A stretch of 64,000 nt of DNA from positions 1,184,001 to 1,248,000 of the forward strand of contig CAWCRS010000007.1 of NCBI GenBank assembly GCA_963798085.1, in the 5' to 3' direction. The stretch is from an uncultured Gemmatimonadales bacterium. Lineage in GTDB: Bacteria > Gemmatimonadota > Gemmatimonadetes > Longimicrobiales > RSA9. Within the stretch, counting starts at the first letter, position 1; every line of letters starts with the position of its first letter. The position numbers were made by a program, and so were the translations under genes. The notes under the pieces were generated by a model. The model was given only the letters and a program-made list of their open reading frames with translations. It was not told the origin of the DNA and ran no database searches. Shown one piece after another: positions 34,018-44,506 of this stretch.

Positions 34018-34052
34018 CGCGCCTCGGAAGGGCCCTCAGGGTCGGGTATCAT

Positions 34053-34085
34053 GAAGAGCCGGCAGGCATGACCTGCCGGCTCTTC
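34053..34085. terminator. Hairpin downstream of recA
   Basis: 14-bp perfect stem GAAGAGCCGGCAGG/CCTGCCGGCTCTTC; no clear U-tract. Confidence 0.55.
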
Positions 34086-34209
34086 GGCATCAGCGGTCCC
34101 GGCTCGGTCGAGCAGTCGACCAGCGCGTACCCATTGCCGTCGACGCGCGGGACGCCGCAAATCCGCGCGGGCAAAGCGGATTCCGTGGTGAGCGATGCGC
34201 GCCCGGCAC

Positions 34210-34238
34210 TTCGCGGATATGGGTGCGGGGCGTATATT
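34210..34238 (+). promoter_or_regulatory. Putative sigma-70 promoter of alaS
   Basis: TTCGCG-N17-TATATT about 30 nt before alaS ATG. Confidence 0.45.
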
Positions 34239-34267
34239 CTCAGGTCCGAACCCACGCAAGGCGACTC

Positions 34268-36937
34268 ATGACGGCTTCCGAGATCCGACAGAAGTTCATC
34301 GACTATTTCGCGCGCCAGGGGCACACGCCGGTGGCCAGTTCCAGCCTGGTGCCGCGCGGCGATGCCACGCTGCTCTTCACCAATGCGGGGATGGTGCAGT
34401 TCAAGCGCGTGTTCCTCGGTGAGGAAAAGCGGCCGTACTCGCGGGCCGTGACGGCACAGAAGTGCCTGCGTGTCAGCGGCAAGCACAATGATCTCGAGGA
34501 AGTCGGTGTCACATCGCGGCACCACACGTTCTTCGAGATGCTGGGCAATTTCTCATTCGGTGACTACTTCAAGCGCGACGCGATCCGTTTCGCGTGGGAG
34601 CTGTTCACCCAGGCGTATGGCCTGCCGCGCGACCGCCTGTGGGCGACCGTGCACTACTCGGATGAGGAAGCGGCCGGGTTGTGGCAGGAGATCGCGGGGC
34701 TGCCGCCCGGGCGGATCTTCAAGCTGGGCGACAAGGACAATTTCTGGCAGATGGGTGAGACCGGTCCGTGCGGCCCGTGCTCCGAGATCCACTACGATCT
34801 GCGTGCGGCGCCGGATGCGGGCACCGATGTGAGCATGGAGCAGTTCCTCGAGCTGGGGGAAACCGGGCGTTTCCTCGAGCTGTGGAATCTGGTGTTCATG
34901 CAGTACAACCGTTCGGCTGACGGCACGCTGACACCGCTGCCCGCGCCATCGATCGACACGGGTGCGGGGCTCGAGCGGGTCACGTCCGTGCTGCAGGGCG
35001 TCGACTCCAACTACAAGACCGACCTGTTCGTTGCGCTCATCGAGCGTGCGGTGGAAGTCGTGGGTGTGCCCTACGATCCGGGCGCGGGTGGTGTCTCGTA
35101 CCGCGTGCTCGCGGACCACGCGCGCGCGGTGTCGTTCCTGCTGGCGGATGGCGTGCACGCGTCCAACGACGGTCCGGGCTACGTGCTGCGTCGTGTGTTG
35201 CGCCGAGCGGTGCGACACGCGTGGCTGCTGGGCCGGCGCGAGCCCACACTGGTGCACGTCGCGGAGCGCGTCATCGAGTTGATGGGCGATGCGTATCCGG
35301 AGCTGCGCCAGCAGCGCGCGCACATCCTCGGCGCGACGCGTGATGAGGAGCAGCGCTTCCTGGATACGATCGATTCGGGAATGGCGAAGATCGCCGAGGT
35401 GGCGCCGCCGCTGAGCGTCGAACGGCGCGCGTCGATCGAGCGGGGCGAGTCGTCGCCTCCCACGATACCCGGGCGGGATGCTTTCAAGCTGCACGACACG
35501 TTCGGCTTCCCGCTGGATCTCACGGAGTTGATTGCGCGCGAGCGCGGCTACCGCGTGGACGTGCACGGTTTCGAGACGGCGCTCGAGGCCCAGCGCACGC
35601 GTTCCCGCGCGGACCGCAAGGCCGCAGGCGCCGGCATGGCGGCGGCGGGCGGGCCGCGGCTGCGCACACTGTCCCGCGCGCGGCAGAAGTTCGTCGGGTA
35701 CGACCGGCTGGAGGCGGACACGACCGTGATCGCCATGGCGAACGATGATGCGCGCGCCACGCTGGTGCTGCGCGAGAATCCGTTCTACGTGGAGAGTGGC
35801 GGACAGATCAGCGATACCGGCGAGGTGCTGGGCGACGGCTGGCGCCTGGATGTCGAGCAGGTGTTCAAGACCGATCGCGGCACTGCGGTGTCCGGTCCGG
35901 TCGAAGGGGATCTGCCGGACACGCGCAAGCCGTTCGGTGTGCGGGCGCTCGTGCCCGGTCGCGTGCGGCACGATACCGTACGCAATCACACGGCGACGCA
36001 CCTGCTGCACGCCGCACTACGCGCGGAGCTGGGCACACACGTGCAGCAGCGCGGCTCGCTGGTGGCGCCGGACCGGTTGCGCTTCGACTTCGCACACCCG
36101 CGACCCATGGCGCCGGACGAGATTCTGCGTGTCGAAGAAGCCGTGAACCAGGGCATCCTCGACGATCATCCGGTGGTGATCGAGCAGATGGCGCAGGCGG
36201 AAGCGATCGGCCGGGGCGCCATGGCGCTGTTCGGCGAGAAGTACGGCGACATTGTGCGCGTGGTAATGATCCCCGGTGTGAGCATGGAGCTGTGCGGCGG
36301 CACGCACGCGCGCCACACCGGCGAAATCGGGCTGTTCCGCATCGTCAGCGAGACGGGTGTGGCCGCGGGTGTGCGCCGTATCGAGGCGGTGACCGGCACG
36401 GAAGCGTACCGTCGTGTGCTGGAACACGATGCCTGGCTCGAGCGCGCAGCCGGCGCCTTGCGCACGACGCCGGACGCGCTCGTGCGCAAGGCGGAGCAGG
36501 TGGCGGAGGAGAATCGCGAGCTGCGGCGCCAGCTCGAGCGCGCGCGTCAGGCGGGCGCGTCAGACCAGGTCAGCGAGTTGTTAGGGCGGGCCACAGCCGT
36601 CAACGGCATGCGCGTAGTCGCTGCTGCCATCGAGGCCGGCAACACGGACGAGCTGCGCGCGCTGGGCGATCGCCTGCGCGAGCGGCTGGGCAGCGGCGCG
36701 GCCGTGCTGGCCGCCACGCGCGACGAGCGCGTTTCACTGCTGGCGGTGGTGACGGACGACCTGCCCGGCCGGGGCGTGCGCGCGGATCAGCTGCTGCGCG
36801 AAGTTGCCGCCATCACGGGAGGCTCCGGAGGCGGCAAGGCGCACATGGCGCAGGGCGGCGCCGGCGATCCGGCGAAAGTGGAGCAGGCGCTGGGCCGCGC
36901 ACCCGAGATCGTGCGCGCACTGGCGAGCGCGCATTGA
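34268..36937 (+). CDS. alaS: Alanine--tRNA ligase
   Basis: LLFTNAGMVQFK, HHTFFEMLGNFSFGDYFK, NHTATHLLH, ELCGGTH, GVRRIEA, GGGK. Confidence 0.98.
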   Translation: MTASEIRQKFIDYFARQGHTPVASSSLVPRGDATLLFTNAGMVQFKRVFLGEEKRPYSRAVTAQKCLRVSGKHNDLEEVGVTSRHHTFFEMLGNFSFGDYFKRDAIRFAWELFTQAYGLPRDRLWATVHYSDEEAAGLWQEIAGLPPGRIFKLGDKDNFWQMGETGPCGPCSEIHYDLRAAPDAGTDVSMEQFLELGETGRFLELWNLVFMQYNRSADGTLTPLPAPSIDTGAGLERVTSVLQGVDSNYKTDLFVALIERAVEVVGVPYDPGAGGVSYRVLADHARAVSFLLADGVHASNDGPGYVLRRVLRRAVRHAWLLGRREPTLVHVAERVIELMGDAYPELRQQRAHILGATRDEEQRFLDTIDSGMAKIAEVAPPLSVERRASIERGESSPPTIPGRDAFKLHDTFGFPLDLTELIARERGYRVDVHGFETALEAQRTRSRADRKAAGAGMAAAGGPRLRTLSRARQKFVGYDRLEADTTVIAMANDDARATLVLRENPFYVESGGQISDTGEVLGDGWRLDVEQVFKTDRGTAVSGPVEGDLPDTRKPFGVRALVPGRVRHDTVRNHTATHLLHAALRAELGTHVQQRGSLVAPDRLRFDFAHPRPMAPDEILRVEEAVNQGILDDHPVVIEQMAQAEAIGRGAMALFGEKYGDIVRVVMIPGVSMELCGGTHARHTGEIGLFRIVSETGVAAGVRRIEAVTGTEAYRRVLEHDAWLERAAGALRTTPDALVRKAEQVAEENRELRRQLERARQAGASDQVSELLGRATAVNGMRVVAAAIEAGNTDELRALGDRLRERLGSGAAVLAATRDERVSLLAVVTDDLPGRGVRADQLLREVAAITGGSGGGKAHMAQGGAGDPAKVEQALGRAPEIVRALASAH

Positions 36938-37257
36938 TGCCGGTGTCAGCCGCGCTGACGTTCCTGGATGCACGCGACGCGGACGTGCCTGCTGCGCTGC
37001 GCGAGGCAACGCGCGCGGCGGCCAGCGAGGCAGCCGATGCGGATGTCGTGCAGGCGCTGCTTGCAGCGGCGCGCAACAGCCTGGCGGCCACGCTCAGCAA
37101 AGGCGAGGGGCGCGCGGCGGCACTCGATCTGCTGGCCGCGGACGCGCTGCTGACGTGGGCCTGCGAAGCAGCGGCGGAAAGCGGCGTGTCGGTCGAGATC
37201 CTGAGCGAGCGGGCGGCGCGCGAGCTTGCCAGCCTGCTGCACGACACCGATGCCTGA
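36937..37257 (+). CDS. Small Ala-rich hypothetical protein
   Basis: TGATG coupling to alaS, fills gap to gmhA; ALDLLAADALLTWACEAAAE. Confidence 0.7.
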   Translation: MPVSAALTFLDARDADVPAALREATRAAASEAADADVVQALLAAARNSLAATLSKGEGRAAALDLLAADALLTWACEAAAESGVSVEILSERAARELASLLHDTDA

Positions 37258-37834
37258 TGCCGGCGCGGTCGCGGCGCATTTCGAGGAACTGGCGGCGATC
37301 GCACGCGACACGGCGAAGGACCTGGCGCCGGCCATCGCCGACGTGACGGCGCTGGCGATCCGCACATTCGAGCAGGGCGGCAAGCTGCTGTTCTGCGGGA
37401 ACGGCGGCTCCGCGGCGGACGCGCAGCATCTGGCCACCGAATACGTGGTGCGGTTCCGCAGCGAGCGGCGGGCGTTGCCCGCCGTGGCGCTGACCACGGA
37501 CACATCGCTGCTGACGGCGGCGGCCAATGATCTGGGGTTCGAGCAGGTGTTCGCGCGCCAGGTGCGCGCACTGGCTGCGAAAGGCGACCTGCTCTTCCTG
37601 CACTCCACGTCGGGCGATTCACGCAACCTCATTGAAGCGGCGAAAGCGGCCCGCGACGCGGGTGTGACGACGGTGGCCGTGCTGGCGCGCGGCGGCGGCG
37701 CGCTGCGCCACTACGTGGATCACGCGCTGATCGTGCGCACGGACAACGGCGCGCACGCGCAGGAGCTGCACCTGGCCATCGGACATGTCATCTGCGATCA
37801 GGTCGAGCGTTGGGCAAAGGCGGAGAACTCATGA
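37250..37834 (+). CDS. gmhA: Phosphoheptose isomerase (SIS domain)
   Basis: CGNGGSAADAQH, AAND.GF..VFARQ, STSG, QELH. Confidence 0.93.
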   Translation: MPDAGAVAAHFEELAAIARDTAKDLAPAIADVTALAIRTFEQGGKLLFCGNGGSAADAQHLATEYVVRFRSERRALPAVALTTDTSLLTAAANDLGFEQVFARQVRALAAKGDLLFLHSTSGDSRNLIEAAKAARDAGVTTVAVLARGGGALRHYVDHALIVRTDNGAHAQELHLAIGHVICDQVERWAKAENS

Positions 37835-38247
37835 CGGAACGTGCGTCCACAGCGCTCATCGGGGCGCTCAACGAGGCGCGCCTCGCGGAGAAGGACCAAA
37901 CACTCCATTATCGGGCCCTGGCGGGGCAGGCGCAGCAGGCGGGCGATGGGGAGACGGCGGAGCGGCTGAACGGGCTGCTGGCGGACGAGCAGCATCACTT
38001 CTCGCGGCTGACCGCCCGCCTTGTGGAACTGGGCGCGGCCGTTCCCGACGCACCACTGACCGAGGCAAAGCCGGTGCTGGCGGGCTGGGAAGCGGAGGCG
38101 CGCACGCGGGAACTGGGCGAAATCGAGCGTTATCGCGCGCTGCTGTCACTGGCGGCGGACCCGCGCACGCGGGCCCTGCTCAGCGAGATCCTGGATGTGG
38201 AGCGGCGCCACGAGCGCACGCTCAGCGGCAAATGGATGAGTGCGTAA
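37831..38247 (+). CDS. Ferritin-like (rubrerythrin-type) di-iron four-helix protein
   Basis: E....HY...DEQHH and E....Y...ERRH paired motifs. Confidence 0.8.
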   Translation: MTERASTALIGALNEARLAEKDQTLHYRALAGQAQQAGDGETAERLNGLLADEQHHFSRLTARLVELGAAVPDAPLTEAKPVLAGWEAEARTRELGEIERYRALLSLAADPRTRALLSEILDVERRHERTLSGKWMSA

Positions 38248-38320
38248 TGTCGTGTCAGGTGACAGCCGCGGCGGCGCCGGAGCGGACACGGGTGCAGGCG
38301 GAGGCGGCGCGAAAGGACCG

Positions 38321-39082
38321 ATGATCGCAATCGATCTGACGGGCAGACGGGCACTGGTAACCGGCGGTTCGCGCGGGGTGGGCCGCTCCGCGGCGCTGCT
38401 GCTCGCGGGCGCCGGCGCGGATGTGGGCATCGCGTACCAGAGCCGGCATGACGAAGCGAAGGCGGTGGTGGCGGAACTGCACGGGCACGGCGTGCGTGCC
38501 TTTGCCGAGCCCGGCGACGTGGCTGATCCGGTGGTGGCGCGCCGCCTGGTCGACCGCGCGGAGCAGGAGTTCGGCGGACTCGACATCTTCGTGGGCAACG
38601 CGGGCATTCGGCCGCCCGATGATGTGCCGGTCGCGTACATGTCCGACCAGCAGTGGCGCCGAACAGTGGCGATCAACCTCGATTCCATTTTCTACACGAC
38701 GCGCGAAGCCGCGCGTGTCATCGCGGATGGCGGCCGCATCGTGCTGGTCAGCTCGACGGCCGGGCAGCGCGGCGAAGCGTTTCACGCCGATTACGCCGCC
38801 ACCAAGGGCGCCATTATTGCCATGGTGAAGGGCATTGCGGTCGAGCTCGCGCGTCGCGACATCACCGTGAACTGCGTGGCCCCGGGCTGGATCGACACGG
38901 AGATGGCGGCACCGCCGTACGCCGATGGCGGCAAGGCCAGGATCGAAGCGGGTATCCCGCTCGGCCGTGTGGCCAGCGCCAATGACGTGGCCGGTCCCAT
39001 CCTCTTCCTCTGCAGTCCACTGGCGCGCCACATCACGGGTGAAATCCTCAACGTGAATGGTGGCTCGGTGCTGTGCGGCTGA
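38321..39082 (+). CDS. SDR family oxidoreductase (FabG-like)
   Basis: TGGSRGVG, NAG, YAATKG, VNCVAPG, GEILNVNGG. Confidence 0.93.
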   Translation: MIAIDLTGRRALVTGGSRGVGRSAALLLAGAGADVGIAYQSRHDEAKAVVAELHGHGVRAFAEPGDVADPVVARRLVDRAEQEFGGLDIFVGNAGIRPPDDVPVAYMSDQQWRRTVAINLDSIFYTTREAARVIADGGRIVLVSSTAGQRGEAFHADYAATKGAIIAMVKGIAVELARRDITVNCVAPGWIDTEMAAPPYADGGKARIEAGIPLGRVASANDVAGPILFLCSPLARHITGEILNVNGGSVLCG

Positions 39083-39093
39083 GTCGCCATTCC

Positions 39094-40446
39094 ATGGTCC
39101 AGGGAAATCCTCTGCAGCTGCACCCGCCCGCCGCAGTGCTGGACATCGCACGCAGGCTGGAGGCGGCGGGCTTCGAGGCGTGGGCCGTGGGTGGCGCCGT
39201 GCGCGACGCGCTCGCGGGTCACAACGGTGGTGACTGGGATCTGACGACCAGCGCGCGTCCGGAGCAGGTGCGCAGCCTCTTCCGGCGCACGGTACCGATC
39301 GGCATCGAGCATGGCACGGTCGGTGTGCTCGGGCGCGATGGTGTGCTCTACGAAGTCACCACGTTCCGTCGTGATATCGAGACCATGGGCCGGCATGCGG
39401 TGGTCGCTTTTGCCGATTCGCTCGAGGAAGATCTGGCGCGGCGGGATTTCACGTTCAACGCAGTCGCATGGAATCCGCTCCGCGGAGAACTGCGCGATCC
39501 GTGGGGCGGCGTCGGCGATCTGGAGCAGCGAACCCTGCGCACGGTGGGCGATGCGGCGGCGCGCTTCGCGGAGGATTATCTGCGCGTGCTGCGCGCGCTG
39601 CGCTTCGCCGGTCATTTCGGGATGACCATCGAGCCGGCCACGTGGGAGGCTCTCGTCGCGGCGGTACCGCACCTCGGTATCCTCTCGGCGGAACGCGTTC
39701 GCGAGGAACTGCTCAAGGTGCTGAGCAAGACGCGAGCGGCTTCGCTGACCCTGGAGTTGTACCGGCGCAGCGGCGTGCTGGCGCAGCTGCTACCCGAGCT
39801 GGCGCGCACGGTGGGCGTCGAGATCGTACCGGAACTGGACGCGTGGCAGCTCGCGACGCGTAGTGTGGACGCGCTGCCGCCGTCGCGTCTGCTGCTGCGA
39901 ATGACGGCGCTGCTGCACACCACCGGCTACGCGGCGGCGAAGACGCGCGATCTGCGCGGCGGATTCCGCTTCACGGGTCATGAGCGCATGGGTGCGGAGA
40001 AGGCGGAGCAGCTGCTGCGTCGTCTGAAAGCATCCAATGCGGACACGGAACGCGTGGTCACGCTCGTGGCGAGGCAGGCGGACCTGTTCCCGCCGGACGC
40101 GCCACCCGCCGGCATCCGCCGCTGGCTGGCACACATCACGCCCGCTTTTGTCAACGACCTGTTCCGGTTGCGCATCGCCGCGTGGCGGGCGCTGCCCGTG
40201 CCGGGCGGTGATCGCGATCTCGTACAGCGCTGGCGCAGCACACGCAGCGTACAGCGCCAGCGCCCGGCGCTCACGCTGGACGCCCTGCGGATCGACGGCA
40301 ACGATCTGCGAGCGCTCGGCCTTACGCCCGGTCCGCGTTTCGGCGAGATCCTGCGCGAACTGCTGGCGCGCGTCATCGAGGAACCGGCACTGAATCAGCG
40401 CGATGTGCTGATCGACATGGTGCGGCGCACGCAGACGGAATCATGA
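39094..40446 (+). CDS. cca: CCA tRNA nucleotidyltransferase (class II)
   Basis: VGGAVRD, DWD, EVTTFR, EDLARRDFTFNA, EDYLRVLRALRF, SAERVREE. Confidence 0.88.
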   Translation: MVQGNPLQLHPPAAVLDIARRLEAAGFEAWAVGGAVRDALAGHNGGDWDLTTSARPEQVRSLFRRTVPIGIEHGTVGVLGRDGVLYEVTTFRRDIETMGRHAVVAFADSLEEDLARRDFTFNAVAWNPLRGELRDPWGGVGDLEQRTLRTVGDAAARFAEDYLRVLRALRFAGHFGMTIEPATWEALVAAVPHLGILSAERVREELLKVLSKTRAASLTLELYRRSGVLAQLLPELARTVGVEIVPELDAWQLATRSVDALPPSRLLLRMTALLHTTGYAAAKTRDLRGGFRFTGHERMGAEKAEQLLRRLKASNADTERVVTLVARQADLFPPDAPPAGIRRWLAHITPAFVNDLFRLRIAAWRALPVPGGDRDLVQRWRSTRSVQRQRPALTLDALRIDGNDLRALGLTPGPRFGEILRELLARVIEEPALNQRDVLIDMVRRTQTES

Positions 40447-41163
40447 CCGGCCTGCTGTTCGCCGTGATTGCCGCGTTCGCGGATGTAGCGGGTGGCCTGA
40501 TCGTGCTCTCGCGGCGCCACCAGTCGGGCCGCATGCTGGATGCACTCACCGGTTTCGGCGCCGGCTTCATGCTGGCCGTGGCACTGCTCGAGAATGGCGC
40601 CGGAAGCAACGCACGTGCGGGGCGGTTTCGCCGCCATCCTGATCGGCTATCTGCTGGTGCACCTCACGCAACACGCTCTGACACCACATTTCCATTTCGG
40701 CGAAGAGACGCACGCAGAAGAAATGGTGTCGAAGGGCATCGGCAAGTGGGCGCTGGCGGGTCTGGTGCCGCACTCGTTCTTCGATGGCGTCGCCATCGGC
40801 ACGGCTTTCCTGCAGTCGCGCGATCTGGGCCTGCTGGTGTTCACCGCCATTGCGCTGCACAAGGTGCCGACCGGCATTTCGCTGGCGAGCATCATGGTAG
40901 CCAGCGGCAACTCGCGGCGTGACTCGCTGCTCGCAGTCATCGTCGTGGGTGTGGTCACAGTGGCCGGCGCCGCCATCGCGCCGCCCCTCGCCAGCTACGC
41001 AGGGTACGGGCTGGCGCTGGCGGCGGGCGTCACGATCTACGTGGCGGCGTCGAACCTCATCCCCGAATCGCAGCGCCAGCACAGCTGGCTGGTGCAGGGC
41101 GGTGTGTTCGCGGGTGTGGCGACGTTCGTGCTGGCGAAGTTGCTCATGCAGAGCGGCGCATGA
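40443..41163 (+). CDS. ZIP family metal transporter; +1 frameshift near 40593
   Basis: [37 protein letters not shown] across two frames. Confidence 0.87.
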
Positions 41164-42594
41164 AGGAGCCGGGGCTCTTCGATGATGCGGACGCGGCGGG
41201 GCTGACACGCGACAATGCCACGGCAGTGCCTGCCGTCGATCCGGCCGCGCCACTCGCCGCGCGCATGCGGCCGCAGACTCTTGACGAGTTCGTCGGACAG
41301 CAGCAGCTGCTGGCACCGGGCCGGGCGCTGCGCGAACTGATCGAGAAGGACGAACTGGGCAGCCTCATCCTCTGGGGGCCGCCGGGCACGGGCAAGACCA
41401 CGCTGGCGCGCATCATCGCGGAACGCACGCGGTCGACCTTCGTACCCTTCAGTGCGGTGACGGAGGGCGTGGCGCGCGTGCGCGAGATCATTGCCGAGGC
41501 GAAACAGCGGCTGCGCGCGACAGGGCGGCGCACGATTCTGTTCTGCGACGAAATCCATCGTTTCAACAAGGCACAGCAGGATGCCTTCCTGCCGCACGTC
41601 GAGGCCGGCACGGTGGCGCTCATCGGCGCGACCACGGAGAACCCATCCTTCGAGGTGATCGGCGCGCTGCTCAGCCGCTCGCGCGTGTTCGTGCTGCAGC
41701 CGCTCACAGCTGCGGACTGCGCACGGATCATTCAGCGCGCGCTGGCCAATGCGACGCGCGGCCTGGGCGGGCGCGGACTGGACATTACGCCGGACGCGCT
41801 CGATTTCCTGGGCACGGCCGTCGGATGGCGATGCGCGCCGCGCGCTCAATGCCGTGGAATCCGCAGCGGTGCTCGCTGCTGACACGGGTGTTATCGACGT
41901 GCAGCACGTGCGCGAAGCGCTGCAGCTGCGATTCGCGCGCTCCGACAAGGGCGGGGAAGAGCACTACAACATGCTCTCCGCCTATCACAAGTCATTGCGC
42001 GGCAGCGACCCGCAGGGCGCACTGTACTGGATGGCGAGGATGATCGAGGGCGGCGCGGACCCGCGCACGCTCCTGCGCCGGGCGCTGGCCATGGCGGCCG
42101 AAGACATCGGACTCGCGGATCCGCAGGCGCTGCAGATCGCGGTGGCGGCGAGGCAGGCTTTCGACGTACTCGGCCCGCCCGAGGGCTACCTGCCCCTCGC
42201 GGAAATGACGATCTACCTGGCTACCGCGCCCAAGTCGAATTCCTCGAAGCGGGCACTGGGCGCTGCGCTGGATGCCGCGAGAGCCACGCCCGCAGCGCCC
42301 GTACCGATGCACATTCGCAACGCACCCACGTCACTGATGAAGGAGCTCGGTTACGGAGAAGGCTACCGTTACGCACACGACGAGGCGGATGCCTTTGCGC
42401 CGCAGGAGTACCTGCCGGAAGAACTCCGTGGCGCCGCTTTCTACGAGCCCGGCACCATGGGTCAGGAAAAGCGCATTGCGGAGCGCATGCAGTACTGGCA
42501 GCAGCGCATGCGGGAAGCGGGCTCGTCCCGGGCGGACGCGCAGCCAGGCGAGGAACCAGGCGGAAACGGGAACGTCGGCGACGCTGCGCGGTAG
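41160..42594 (+). CDS. rarA: Replication-associated recombination protein A; +1 frameshift near 41818
   Basis: [39 protein letters not shown] then [30 protein letters not shown]. Confidence 0.93.
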
Positions 42595-42672
42595 CTCTAG
42601 CAGGCGGGTGGCACACTACCAAACGAGGGCCAGACGACAGCATTGTATTCGAGCAGGCACGCGGGAATCATA

Positions 42673-43137
42673 GTGCGCCGCCGCGCGGGTGGCGTATTGC
42701 TGGCGCTGGTGGCGGGTTGTGCGCTGGTGCGCTTCGAGCAGCCGGATGTCCGGCTGGACGGCGTCCGGCTGAGCAGCATCAGCCTGCGCGGCGGCACGCT
42801 GAACGCGCAGCTCATGGTGAGCAATCCGAATCGCTTCGCGCTGCGCTCGACGGCCCTCGATCTGGCACTGGATCTGGGCGACTCGACGGTGTCGGCCACC
42901 GGCTGGACACCCGTCGCCAACGCCACACTGGAGCGCGAACTGAATGTTGGGGCACACGACAGCACCGTAGTCAATGTGCCGGTGGATTTCACCTATCAGG
43001 GCGTAGGCAGTGTGATCCATTCGCTGATCGCGAAGGGCACGTTCGACTACCGCATCACCGGTTCACTGCGCGTCACACAGCCGCTGAGCAAGAGTGTCCC
43101 GTTCCGCCACACCGGCCGCATTTCCCTCAACCGATGA
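42673..43137 (+). CDS. LEA_2/WHy domain lipoprotein
   Basis: Lipobox VAGC, VSNPNRFAL, YRITGSL. Confidence 0.8.
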   Translation: MRRRAGGVLLALVAGCALVRFEQPDVRLDGVRLSSISLRGGTLNAQLMVSNPNRFALRSTALDLALDLGDSTVSATGWTPVANATLERELNVGAHDSTVVNVPVDFTYQGVGSVIHSLIAKGTFDYRITGSLRVTQPLSKSVPFRHTGRISLNR

Positions 43138-43186
43138 ACATGATTCGCTCGCCCGCGCATTCTGCAGCGACAAGCATGAGAGGCGC

Positions 43187-44506
43187 TTGAACCGCCCGCG
43201 CTCGAGCGACGGCGATCGCACCGTTCCGACCGGGACGGAGCAGGAGCGTGCCATCCTGGTGGCGGCGCCGCCGCGCACGACAGCAGCGCGCGAGGCGGAA
43301 GATCATCTCGCGGAGCTGGCCAGCCTGACGGACACGGCGGGTGCGGCTGTGAGCGGCACGCTGTACCAGCGCATCGATGCGCCGCATCCCAAGTTCTACA
43401 TTGGCGAGGGCAAGGTCGGCGAACTGAAGACGCTGGTGAGCGAGCGCGCGGCGACGCTCGTGATCTTCGACGAAGAGCTGTCGCCATCGCAGGGCAAGAA
43501 CCTGGAAGACCGGCTGGGCACGCGCATCATGGACCGCGCCGAGCTGATCCTCGACATCTTCGCGGTGCGGGCGCGCACTTCCGAGGCGCAAATGCAGGTC
43601 GAGCTGGCACAGCTGGAGTACATGCTGCCCCGCCTCAAGCGCATGTGGGTGCACCTCTCGCGCATACGCGGCGGTATCGGCTTCCGCGGACCCGGCGAGA
43701 CCCAGCTGGAGACCGACCGCCGGCTGATCGGCCGCCGCATCCGCGACCTGCGCCGCAAACTCAATGTTGTGGCGCAGCAGCGCGCCACCCGGCGCAAGGG
43801 ACGTTCGGGCGAGTTCCGTGCCGCCCTCGTCGGCTACACGAATGCCGGCAAGTCATCCATCCTGCGCACGCTGTCGGGTGCGGATGTGTTCGTCGAGAAC
43901 AGGCTGTTTGCGACGCTGGACCCGGCCACGCGCGCCGTGGAGCTGGCGCCGGGTGCGCGCGCACTGGTCACGGACACGGTCGGCTTCATCCGCCGGCTGC
44001 CCCACCACCTGGTGGCGTCGTTCCGCGCCACGCTCGAGGAGGCCGTCGATGCCGACGTGCTGCTGCACGTGATCGATGGCTCGCACGCGGGGTGGGAGGA
44101 GCAGAAGCAGGTGGTAGAAGGCGTGCTGCACGACCTGGGCCTGGGACAGCGACGCACGGTGCTCGTCTTCAACAAGACGGACCGGCTGACACACGCGGAG
44201 GAGGAAGTGCTGCGGCAGCGCGTGCGGGCTCTGTTTCCCGAGGCCGCCGTCTTCGTTTCCGCCGCTGAATCGGATGGACTCGCCGAGCTGCGGGCATTCC
44301 TGCTCGCGGAACTGCGCGAGCGCCGGCCCGCGGTGCGTCTGGCCATCCCATCGTCCGACGGGCAGACGCTGGCCACCGTGTACCGCGAAGGCGAAGTGCT
44401 GCAGCGCGACGAGCGCGGCGCGCACGTCGAGCTGGTGGCCCGGCTGCCGCTCGCCACCGTGGGCCGGCTGCGGCAACGCGGGATTCCGGTAGCGACGGAA
44501 CCGTGA
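43187..44506 (+). CDS. hflX: GTPase HflX
   Basis: IGEGK, DRAELILDIF, GPGETQLETDRR, GYTNAGKSS, LFATLD, DTVGFI, NKTD. Confidence 0.97.
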   Translation: MNRPRSSDGDRTVPTGTEQERAILVAAPPRTTAAREAEDHLAELASLTDTAGAAVSGTLYQRIDAPHPKFYIGEGKVGELKTLVSERAATLVIFDEELSPSQGKNLEDRLGTRIMDRAELILDIFAVRARTSEAQMQVELAQLEYMLPRLKRMWVHLSRIRGGIGFRGPGETQLETDRRLIGRRIRDLRRKLNVVAQQRATRRKGRSGEFRAALVGYTNAGKSSILRTLSGADVFVENRLFATLDPATRAVELAPGARALVTDTVGFIRRLPHHLVASFRATLEEAVDADVLLHVIDGSHAGWEEQKQVVEGVLHDLGLGQRRTVLVFNKTDRLTHAEEEVLRQRVRALFPEAAVFVSAAESDGLAELRAFLLAELRERRPAVRLAIPSSDGQTLATVYREGEVLQRDERGAHVELVARLPLATVGRLRQRGIPVATEP

